A DNA stretch of 64,000 nucleotides from Octopus sinensis. Its lineage: Eukaryota. Location of the stretch: contig NC_043025.1 of NCBI RefSeq assembly GCF_006345805.1, forward strand, positions 4,092,001-4,156,000. Reading direction: 5' to 3'. This document shows, piece after piece, positions 11,912 through 23,800 of this stretch. Below the pieces are notes generated by a model. That model saw only the letters and a list, made by a program, of their open reading frames with translations. It was not told the DNA's origin and did no database searches. How positions within the stretch are numbered: the first letter of the stretch is position 1; the number at the start of each line of letters is the position of its first letter. The position numbers and the translations under genes were made by a program.

Positions 11912-12089
11912 ATGAAGTATGAGGAAAAGAAACAATTGTAAGTGTAGATGAACTTTAATTTAATTCAAATCCAACTTGTTACTGAACCAATATTAAATTT
12001 TTATAGAATGTCTATTGGTTCCGTACCAACTTGGATTATGAATTAAATTTGTCTACACTTACAATCGTTTCCTTTCCTCATACTTCTTC
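11912..12089. repeat. Palindromic (foldback) MITE-like element
   Basis: atgaagtatgaggaaaagaaacaattgtaagtgtaga / tctacacttacaatcgtttcctttcctcatacttcttcat arms. A similar foldback of different sequence lies at ~53090-53280. Confidence 0.65.
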
Positions 12090-12094
12090 ATTTA

Positions 12095-12589
12095 GCCAGC
12101 TGGAGAAGATGTTTTCCTGGGGCTACAAGCTACAGTAACATCCACCCTTAGTGGTTAGCCACATTTAGATGGCAAATATACTTCACATTGTCATGCAGTT
12201 ACTGTTTACACCTAGTTCAGAGATTTATTATTGCTTGTATACAATACACTTTTTCAAGATTAGTGACAAAAAGTCACTGGAAAAAGGATATAAATATTTG
12301 CATTGGGACCCATCCATCAAAAACCGGTGATTGTCGTACGCTGATGACAGGTCAAAACCTAGAAACTGTGGTCCGTGTATATCACTTAGGTTGACGAGGG
12401 AAGGATGACTTCCCTTTGCAAATACCATAAGTGCACAGAAAGTGTGTCAATAGCCAGCTGGAGATGTTCTCCTGGGGCTACAAGCTACAGTAACATCCAC
12501 TCTTAGTGGTTCGCCACATTTAGATGGCAAATATACCTCACATTGTCATGCAGTTCCTGTCTATACCTCATTCAGAGATTTATTACTGC
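12095..12589 (+). mobile_element. Non-coding hammerhead-bearing retroelement (retrozyme-like), ~1.4 copies of a ~358-bp monomer
   Basis: ~143-bp terminal direct repeats (12093-12235 and 12451-12590), 10-bp TSD TCTTCATTTA (12085-12094 and 12590-12599), internal hammerhead, no ORF. Confidence 0.75.
12327..12385 (+). ncRNA. Type I hammerhead ribozyme
   Basis: GUACG-CUGAUGA-C.AGG(UCAAAA)CCU.A-GAAA-C(UGUG)G-UC-CGUGU. GUC triplet at 12371-12373. Distal stem I is GUGAU/AUCAC. The 10.1-11.1 position is a C.A mismatch in this copy. Confidence 0.75.
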
Positions 12590-13371
12590 TCTTCATTTAC
12601 TGTTTTTGCAAATACTAAATATATATTTTTATATATATTCATTACTTGGACTGTAACAGTGAACTTGGATGTCTGACATCCCTTTGAAGGATTTTGGTCC
12701 TCACCTCTTATATAAATATATATATATATAACTATCGTAAATATGAGGGTAATAAATTAACATAATTTATTACCAGGAATTAGCATGCATAAATAAAAGT
12801 CAGAAGACATAACACATTTCTAAACATATAAGAGTGTATAAAAATGACAGGACTCCTTACATGATAAAAAGGCCAGTTGAAACCCAAACCATGCAAAGGA
12901 GAATTCATTTTATACACTCATATATATACAATACATATATATATATATCTCAGTTTAATATATGCAATTACAAAAGAGCAATGAATAGTTTCATGCTTTA
13001 CAATACATTAAACTGGTGGATTCATAAAACACGGCCTGTATCTGAAAGCAATCTGTCAGGTTCAGTTCATATGTCAGATTGCTTTTAAAGACTAGGGTAC
13101 TGGATTGTGAGAAAATATGAGACAAAACAAGCAGTAAAAAAAAAACACAAAGAAAAGAGATGCAAAAAGTGAAATGAGAAGAAAGAAAAGAACTGTAAGA
13201 ACTAAGCCTGAAAGACTGCTTTGAGATACAAGGCATGTTTAGTCAGCTGAAAATTTAACGTACCACAAAGCATGAAACTAGTGGTAGCTCTTCTGTAATT
13301 GCGTATGTTAAATTTTTGTTGATCCGACCTATATTGGATTAGTACATCATACATAGTGAAGGTGCAAGGTA

Positions 13372-13705
13372 CAGTGGTTATAGTGTTGGGCTCAATCATG
13401 AGGCAAAGAGTTCAAATCTCGGACTGGGCTGTGTGTTGTTTTCTTGAGCAGGACACTTTATTTCACATAATTCCAGTTCACTCAGCTGTAGAAATGACTT
13501 GCAACATCAGTGGTGCCAAGCTGTATCGGCCCCTTTGCCTTTCCCTTGGGATGAACGCTGGTGGCACGGAGAGGGAACGTTGGTATGCATGGGTGACTAA
13601 CGATCTTCTATAAACAACCTTGCCCGGACTTATGCCTCGGAGGGGAACTTTCTAGCTGCAATCCCCTGGTCATTCATGACCGAAGCGGGTCTTTACCCTT
13701 TTACA
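13372..13705 (+). mobile_element. tRNA-derived SINE (family D, CORE-like central domain)
   Basis: A/B-box-like head (gtggttatagtg...gagttcaaatc) followed by cttgagcaggacactttatttcac. Related copies at ~580-800 and 51200-51450. Confidence 0.6.
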
Positions 13706-13888
13706 CTATACACACACACCACATATACACTCAGCACAAACAAATATACAGTAGAGGGGTGGAAAAGTAGGTATACAGCAAGTATCACATTAATGGTAAA
13801 ATGCTTCATTCATTGAAATAAGCAAATTAAATTCGTTAGCCTCATTTCTGATATTTTCAGTGCCATTAATGATAATAATATATTTATT

Positions 13889-14125
13889 GTAAAGTATACT
13901 AGCCATCTCAATATGGCTAACCACTAAGGGTGGGTGTTATTGTAGCTTTTAGCCCCAGGAGAACATTGTCTCCAGCTGGCTTTAGACACACTTTCTGTGC
14001 CTTATGATATTTGCAAAGGGAGGTCATCCCCTCTCGCAAACCTAAGTGTTACGTACGGACTGCAGTTTCGAGGTAATTTGCCACTTATCAACGTATGGTA
14101 ATCACTAGTTTTCAAATATATTTAT
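13889..14125 (-). mobile_element. Inverted, diverged copy of the retrozyme-like element
   Basis: The reverse complement aligns continuously with ~12325-12540 (cacttagg...ccctttgcaa...gccagctggag...cccttagtggttagcca). Confidence 0.8.
14046..14105 (-). ncRNA. Type I hammerhead ribozyme, U3-A8 core variant
   Basis: Minus strand reads UACG-UUGAUAA-GUGG(CAAAUUA)CCUC-GAAA-CUGCAG-UC-CGUA. Palindromic stem III CUGCAG. Distal stem I is GUGAUUAC/GUAACAC. Confidence 0.65.
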
Positions 14126-14407
14126 CATAACTATAAAAATACTTTTATTTTAGCTTTTAATTTTTTTTTATAAAAATAAATAAGTATTGTGCATGGTTTC
14201 TTTTTCCATAACTGTATACCCACTTTTGCATCCCCCCTGTATACAGATAGATGACAGACAGACAGACGTGTACACCACACACACACACACTGAAAATATT
14301 GTAAAGAGAAGATAATCAAGGCCCAGACAACTTTGATGACAGGTTTAGAGAGCCGGGGTCGAGCCAGGGGTCAAACAGCGACAACAAGGGACAAAGAGTG
14401 TGCTTAC

Positions 14408-14534
14408 CTTTGAGTAAGTGACCAACTAAAGCAAAATTGAAATTATTTCTAAAGCTGAGTCCCATGGAATGGTCCAACTGCTTGAAGTGCCATTCCAGAG
14501 GGGTGCGCGTCTCCATCATGATTTCTTCTAAAGA
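14408..14534 (-). CDS. NF1: Neurofibromin C-terminal region exon ([43 protein letters not shown])
   Basis: 127 nt, ttgcag acceptor and GTAAG donor, phase 0/1. Matches human NF1 [43 protein letters not shown] (recalled sequence). Confidence 0.96.
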
Positions 14535-14594
14535 CTGCAACAGACAACAGGAGAATGGTAAGGACAGCCGGAAGAAATAATGGTGCATAGTTTA

Positions 14595-14596
<2 letters not shown>

Positions 14597-14673
<77 letters not shown>

Positions 14674-14970
14674 TATATATATTTTGTATATATATATACA
14701 AATATATATATATATTTGTATATATAGATATTATATATAAATATATATATATATTTGTATATATATATATATATATATACAAATATAATAATACAAATAT
14801 ATATATATATTGTATATATATATATATATTATATATAATATATAATATATATTTGTATATATATATATATGTATACAAATAATATATATATATATATAAT
14901 ACAAACATATATATATATATATAATATATATAATATAACAAATATATATATTATATTATATATATATATA

Positions 14971-15007
<37 letters not shown>

Positions 15008-15008
15008 A

Positions 15009-15056
<48 letters not shown>

Positions 15057-15084
15057 AATTATATATATATATAATATATATATA

Positions 15085-15129
<45 letters not shown>

Positions 15130-15136
15130 ATATATA

Positions 15137-15173
<37 letters not shown>

Positions 15174-15178
15174 AAACA

Positions 15179-15211
<33 letters not shown>

Positions 15212-15487
15212 ACATACAAATATTATATATATATAGATATATATATATATATAATAAATATAATATATATATATATATATAATATATATCTCAAATATAT
15301 ATATATATATATTATATAATATATAACAAATATATATATATTATAATATTATTATATACGATATATAATATATATAATAATATAATACAAATATATATAT
15401 ATATATATATATATATTACCATAAATTATATATATATATTATACAAATATATATATATATATAATATAATATATATATATATATAAT

Positions 15488-15528
<41 letters not shown>

Positions 15529-15596
15529 ATAATATATATATATATACAAATATATATATATATAATATATACAAATATATATATATATATATATAT

Positions 15597-15627
<31 letters not shown>

Positions 15628-15750
15628 CAAATATTATATATATATTATATATATAACAAATATATATATATATAATATATATATATAAACAATATTATAT
15701 ATATATATAATATATATATAAACAAAAATTATTATATATATATATATATA

Positions 15751-15814
<64 letters not shown>

Positions 15815-15815
15815 C

Positions 15816-15848
<33 letters not shown>

Positions 15849-15879
15849 AATATATTATATATATATATATTATCCTATA

Positions 15880-15911
<32 letters not shown>

Positions 15912-17309
15912 CAAATATATATATAATATATATATATTATACATATATATAATATTAATATATATATACAAATATATATATATTATATATATATATATAT
16001 TTACAATATATATATATATGTATATACAAATATATATATATATGTATATACAAATATATATATAATATATATATATGTATATACAATATATATATATATA
16101 TACAAATAATATATATATATATATATATATATACAAATATATATATAATATATACAAATATATATATATATAGATACAATAATATTATATTACAAATATA
16201 TATATATATATATATACAAATATATAATATATATATATACAATATTATATTATATAATATAACAATATTATATTATATATATATATATATCAAATATATA
16301 TATATATATATACAAATCTATATATATATATATACAAATTATTTATATAATATATATATACAAATATATTATATATATAGATATATACAAATATATATAT
16401 TTATATATACAAATATATATATATATTATATTTACAACTATATATATATTTTAATAGATATATAATACAAATATATATATATCTCATATAGATGTACAAA
16501 TATATATATATATATTATATATATACTACAAAATATATATAATATATACATACAAATATATAATTATATATATATACTACAAATATATATATATATATAT
16601 ATATACATACAAAATCTATATATTATATATAATATATCATACAAAAGAGATATATAAGTATATATATACATACAAATTATTATCTATATAATAATATATA
16701 TACATACAAATATCTATAAATATTATATACATACAAATATATATATATATATATATATACATACAAATAATATATATTATATATATACATACAAATATAT
16801 CTATATATATTATATACAAATAATATATATATATATAACAATATTATATATTTACCATATAGATATATATATAATACAAAAATATATATATATATCTATA
16901 TATACAAATATATTTATATATATATACAAATATATCTATATATATATACAAATATAGATATATAATATATATATATACAAATATATATATATATATATAC
17001 AAATATATATATAGATAATTATATACAAAATATATATATTATATATACAAATATATATTATATATATCAAATATAATATATATATATATATAATATATAC
17101 AAAATATATTATATATATATATACTACAAATATAGATATATAAACCAAATATATATATTATATAATATACATATATATTATATAACAAATATATATATAA
17201 TATATATATACACAAATATATATATATAATACAAATTATATATATATATATATATATATACACAAATAATATATATTATATATATTAAACAATATATAAT
17301 ATAACAAAT

Positions 17310-17343
<34 letters not shown>

Positions 17344-17350
17344 GATACAA
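14597..17350. repeat. ~2.75-kb (TA)n compound microsatellite punctuated by ACAA motifs
   Basis: Almost purely A/T with recurring 'tatacaaatatat'. The ORF-track IY-rich ORFs here are artefacts. Confidence 0.97.
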
Positions 17351-17852
17351 ATCATCATCATCATCACATCATCGTTTAACGTCCGTTTTCCGCGCTAGCA
17401 CGGGTTGGACGGTTTTCGACCGGGGTCTGGGGAGCTAGGGACTGCCCCAGGCTCCAGTCTAGTCTGGCAGAGTTTCTACAGCTGGATGCCCTTCCTAACG
17501 CCAACCACTCCGCGAGTGTAGTGGGTGTTTTTTACGTGCCACCTGCACAGGTGCCAGAGGGGTCTGGCATCGGCCACGTTCGGACGGTGCTTTTTTTATG
17601 TGGGGGGGGGATGCAGAAATATAGAGGAGCACCAGTGGGGAGGGGTGGTTCAGAGAAATGATGACAGGTTCTAGGCAAGTAGAACGTAGGATATCAAGAG
17701 AGGGGTAATGCATGGTGAAATAGCGTATTGAAGAGGGGGGTTCGAAGAGTAGACACCTATTATCGTAGTGGGAGAAGCGACATCCGGTATGGATGGAGCA
17801 AAAATATAGAGATATCCGGTATTGGTGGTGGGGGTGGGCAGGGCGGGTGCAC

Positions 17853-20800
17853 CGCGAATACATGATGGTTGATGAATACACGATAGGCGAGATGGGTAAT
17901 GGATAAATTAGTTAAAATAATTAGATAGATATAGAAATTAGTTAAAAATAGTTAGATAGATAAGAAAGCATGTGTGATTGATGGGGAAGTGAAAATAAAT
18001 AAATAAATAAGCATTCAACTTATCTGCTAGATGAATGAATGGATGAAAGAGCAGAAGTTTGGGGCTGCATTTTTTAAGTAAAGATTGTCCGGAGGAAGAA
18101 GGCGCGAATACACGATGGTTGATGAATACACGAGAGGCGAGATGGGTAATGGATAAATTAGTTAAAATAATTAGATAGATATAGAAATTAGTTAAAAATA
18201 GTTAGATAGATAAGAAAGCATGTGTGATTGATGGGGAAGTGAAATAAATAAATAAATAAGCATTCAACTTATCTGCTAGATGAATGAATGGATGAAAGAG
18301 CAGAAGTTTGGGGCTGCGTTTTTTAAGTAAAGATTGTCCGGAGGAAGAAGGCGCGAATACACGATGGTTGATGAATACACGAGAGGCGAGATGGGTAATG
18401 GATAAATTAGTTAAAATAATTAGATAGATATAGAAATTAGTTAAAAATAGTTAGATAGATAAGAAAGCATGTGTGATTGATGGGGAAGTGAAAATAAATA
18501 AATAAATAAGCATTCAACTTATCTGCTAGATGAATGAATGGATGAAAGAGCAGAAGTTTGGGGCTGCGTTTTTTAAGTAAAGATTGTCCGGAGGAAGAAG
18601 GCGCGAATACACGATGGTTGATGAATACACGAGAGGCGAGATGGGTAATGGATAAATTAGTTAAAATAATTAGATAGATATAGAAATTAGTTAAAAATAG
18701 TTAGATAGATAAGAAAGCATGTGTGATTGATGGGGAAGTGAAAATAAATAAATAAATAAGCATTCAACTTATCTGCTAGATGAATGAATGGATGAAAGAG
18801 CAGAAGTTTGGGGCTGCGTTTTTTAAGTAAAGATTGTCCGGAGGAAGAAGGCGCGAATACACGATGGTTGATGAATACACGAGAGGCGAGATGGGTAATG
18901 GATAAATTAGTTAAAATAATTAGATAGATATAGAAATTAGTTAAAAATAGTTAGATAGATAAGAAAGCATGTGTGATTGATGGGGAAGTGAAAATAAATA
19001 AATAATAAGCATTCAACTTATCTGCTAGATGAATGAATGGATGAAAGAGCAGAAGTTTGGGGCTGCGTTTTTTAAGTAAAGATTGTCCGGAGGAAGAAGG
19101 CGCGAATACACGATGGTTGATGAATACACGAGAGGCGAGATGGGTAATGGATAAATTAGTTAAAATAATTAGATAGATATAGAAATTAGTTAAAAATAGT
19201 TAGATAGATAAGAAAGCATGTGTGATTGATGGGGAAGTGAAAATAAATAAATAAATAAGCATTCAACTTATCTGCTAGATGAATGAATGGATGAAAGAGC
19301 AGAAGTTTGGGGCTGCGTTTTTTAAGTAAAGATTGTCCGGAGGAAGAAGGCGCGAATACACGATGGTTGATGAATACACGAGAGGCGAGATGGGTAATGG
19401 ATAAATTAGTTAAAATAATTAGATAGATATAGAAATTAGTTAAAAATAGTTAGATAGATAAGAAAGCATGTGTGATTGATGGGGAAGTGAAAATAAATAA
19501 ATAAATAAGCATTCAACTTATCTGCTAGATGAATGAATGGATGAAAGAGCAGAAGTTTGGGGCTGCGTTTTTTAAGTAAAGATTGTCCGGAGGAAGAAGG
19601 CGCGAATACACGATGGTTGATGAATACACGAGAGGCGAGATGGGTAATGGATAAATTAGTTAAAATAATTAGATAGATATAGAAATTAGTTAAAAATAGT
19701 TAGATAGATAAGAAAGCATGTGTGATTGATGGGGAAGTGAAAATAAATAAATAAATAAGCATTCAACTTATCTGCTAGATGAATGAATGGATGAAAGAGC
19801 AGAAGTTTGGGGCTGCGTTTTTTAAGTAAAGATTGTCCGGAGGAAGAAGGCGCGAATACACGATGGTTGATGAATACACGAGAGGCGAGATGGGTAATGG
19901 ATAAATTAGTTAAAATAATTAGATAGATATAGAAATTAGTTAAAAATAGTTAGATAGATAAGAAAGCATGTGTGATTGATGGGGAAGTGAAAATAAATAA
20001 ATAAATAAGCATTCAACTTATCTGCTAGATGAATGAATGGATGAAAGAGCAGAAGTTTGGGGCTGCGTTTTTTAAGTAAAGATTGTCCGGAGGAAGAAGG
20101 CGCGAATACACGATGGTTGATGAATACACGAGAGGCGAGATGGGTAATGGATAAATTAGTTAAAATAATTAGATAGATATAGAAATTAGTTAAAAATAGT
20201 TAGATAGATAAGAAAGCATGTGTGATTGATGGGGAAGTGAAAATAAATAAATAAATAAGCATTCAACTTATCTGCTAGATGAATGAATGGATGAAAGAGC
20301 AGAAGTTTGGGGCTGCGTTTTTTAAGTAAAGATTGTCCGGAGGAAGAAGGCGCGAATACACGATGGTTGATGAATACACGAGAGGCGAGATGGGTAATGG
20401 ATAAATTAGTTAAAATAATTAGATAGATATAGAAATTAGTTAAAAATAGTTAGATAGATAAGAAAGCATGTGTGATTGATGGGGAAGTGAAAATAAATAA
20501 ATAAATAAGCATTCAACTTATCTGCTAGATGAATGAATGGATGAAAGAGCAGAAGTTTGGGGCTGCGTTTTTTAAGTAAAGATTGTCCGGAGGAAGAAGG
20601 CGCGAATACACGATGGTTGATGAATACACGAGAGGCGAGATGGGTAATGGATAAATTAGTTAAAATAATTAGATAGATATAGAAATTAGTTAAAAATAGT
20701 TAGATAGATAAGAAAGCATGTGTGATTGATGGGGAAGTGAAAATAAATAAATAAATAAGCATTCAACTTATCTGCTAGATGAATGAATGGATGAAAGAGC

Positions 20801-23800
20801 AGAAGTTTGGGGCTGCGTTTTTTAAGTAAAGATTGTCCGGAGGAAGAAGGCGCGAATACACGATGGTTGATGAATACACGAGAGGCGAGATGGGTAATGG
20901 ATAAATTAGTTAAAATAATTAGATAGATATAGAAATTAGTTAAAAATAGTTAGATAGATAAGAAAGCATGTGTGATTGATGGGGAAGTGAAAATAAATAA
21001 ATAAATAAGCATTCAACTTATCTGCTAGATGAATGAATGGATGAAAGAGCAGAAGTTTGGGGCTGCGTTTTTTAAGTAAAGATTGTCCGGAGGAAGAAGG
21101 CGCGAATACACGATGGTTGATGAATACACGAGAGGCGAGATGGGTAATGGATAAATTAGTTAAAATAATTAGATAGATATAGAAATTAGTTAAAAATAGT
21201 TAGATAGATAAGAAAGCATGTGTGATTGATGGGGAAGTGAAAATAAATAAATAAATAAGCATTCAACTTATCTGCTAGATGAATGAATGGATGAAAGAGC
21301 AGAAGTTTGGGGCTGCGTTTTTTAAGTAAAGATTGTCCGGAGGAAGAAGGCGCGAATACACGATGGTTGATGAATACACGAGAGGCGAGATGGGTAATGG
21401 ATAAATTAGTTAAAATAATTAGATAGATATAGAAATTAGTTAAAATAGTTAGATAGATAAGAAAGCATGTGTGATTGATGGGGAAGTGAAAATAAATAAA
21501 TAAATAAGCATTCAACTTATCTGCTAGATGAATGAATGGATGAAAGAGCAGAAGTTTGGGGCTGCGTTTTTTAAGTAAAGATTGTCCGGAGGAAGAAGGC
21601 GCGAATACACGATGGTTGATGAATACACGAGAGGCGAGATGGGTAATGGATAAATTAGTTAAAATAATTAGATAGATATAGAAATTAGTTAAAAATAGTT
21701 AGATAGATAAGAAAGCATGTGTGATTGATGGGGAAGTGAAAATAAATAAATAAATAAGCATTCAACTTATCTGCTAGATGAATGAATGGATGAAAGAGCA
21801 GAAGTTTGGGGCTGCGTTTTTTAAGTAAAGATTGTCCGGAGGAAGAAGGCGCGAATACACGATGGTTGATGAATACACGAGAGGCGAGATGGGTAATGGA
21901 TAAATTAGTTAAAATAATTAGATAGATATAGAAATTAGTTAAAAATAGTTAGATAGATAAGAAAGCATGTGTGATTGATGGGGAAGTGAAAATAAATAAA
22001 TAAATAAGCATTCAACTTATCTGCTAGATGAATGAATGGATGAAAGAGCAGAAGTTTGGGGCTGCGTTTTTTAAGTAAAGATTGTCCGGAGGAAGAAGGC
22101 GCGAATACACGATGGTTGATGAATACACGAGAGGCGAGATGGGTAATGGATAAATTAGTTAAAATAATTAGATAGATATAGAAATTAGTTAAAAATAGAT
22201 AGATAAGAAAGCATGTGTGATTGATGGGGAAGTGAAAATAAATAAATAAATAAGCATTCAACTTATCTGCTAGATGAATGAATGGATGAAAGAGCAGAAG
22301 TTTGGGGCTGCGTTACACGAGAGGCGAGATGGGTAATGGATAAATTAGTTAAAATAATTAGATAGATATAGAAATTAGTTAAAAATAGATAGATAAGAAA
22401 GCATGTGTGATTGATGGGGAAGTGAAAATAAATAAATAAATAAGCATTCAACTTATCTGCTAGATGAATGAATGGATGAAAGAGCAGAAGTTTGGGGCTG
22501 CGTTTTTTAAGTAAAGATTGTCCGGAGGAAGAAGGCGCGAATACACGATGGTTGATGAATACACGAGAGGCGAGATGGGTAATGGATAAATTAGTTAAAA
22601 TAATTAGATAGATATAGAAATTAGTTAAAAATAGTTAGATAGATAAGAAAGCATGTGTGATTGATGGGGAAGTGAAAATAAATAAATAAATAAGCATTCA
22701 ACTTATCTGCTAGATGAATGAATGGATGAAAGAGCAGAAGTTTGGGGCTGCGTTTTTTAAGTAAAGATTGTCCGGAGGAAGAAGGCGCGAATACACGATG
22801 GTTGATGAATACACGAGAGGCGAGATGGGTAATGGATAAATTAGTTAAAATAATTAGATAGATATAGAAATTAGTTAAAAATAGTTAGATAGATAAGAAA
22901 GCATGTGTGATTGATGGGGAAGTGAAAATAAATAAATAAATAAGCATTCAACTTATCTGCTAGATGAATGAATGGATGAAAGAGCAGAAGTTTGGGGCTG
23001 CGTTTTTTAAGTAAAGATTGTCCGGAGGAAGAAGGCGCGAATACACGATGGTTGATGAATACACGAGAGGCGAGATGGGTAATGGATAAATTAGTTAAAA
23101 TAATTAGATAGATATAGAAATTAGTTAAAAATAGTTAGATAGATAAGAAAGCATGTGTGATTGATGGGGAAGTGAAAATAAATAAATAAATAAGCATTCA
23201 ACTTATCTGCTAGATGAATGAATGGATGAAAGAGCAGAAGTTTGGGGCTGCGTTTTTTAAGTAAAGATTGTCCGGAGGAAGAAGGCGCGAATACACGATG
23301 GTTGATGAATACACGAGAGGCGAGATGGGTAATGGATAAATTAGTTAAAATAATTAGATAGATATAGAAATTAGTTAAAAATAGTTAGATAGATAAGAAA
23401 GCATGTGTGATTGATGGGGAAGTGAAAATAAATAAATAAATAAGCATTCAACTTATCTGCTAGATGAATGAATGGATGAAAGAGCAGAAGTTTGGGGCTG
23501 CGTTTTTTAAGTAAAGATTGTCCGGAGGAAGAAGGCGCGAATACACGATGGTTGATGAATACACGAGAGGCGAGATGGGTAATGGATAAATTAGTTAAAA
23601 TAATTAGATAGATATAGAAATTAGTTAAAAATAGTTAGATAGATAAGAAAGCATGTGTGATTGATGGGGAAGTGAAAATAAATAAATAAATAAGCATTCA
23701 ACTTATCTGCTAGATGAATGAATGGATGAAAGAGCAGAAGTTTGGGGCTGCGTTTTTTAAGTAAAGATTGTCCGGAGGAAGAAGGCGCGAATACACGATG

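Noticed and set aside
12640-12710. Minus-strand RDVRHPSS as the NF1 'RHPS' exon
   Set aside because: It has no acceptor in the right phase and ends in a stop. The true exon is at 10956-11043.
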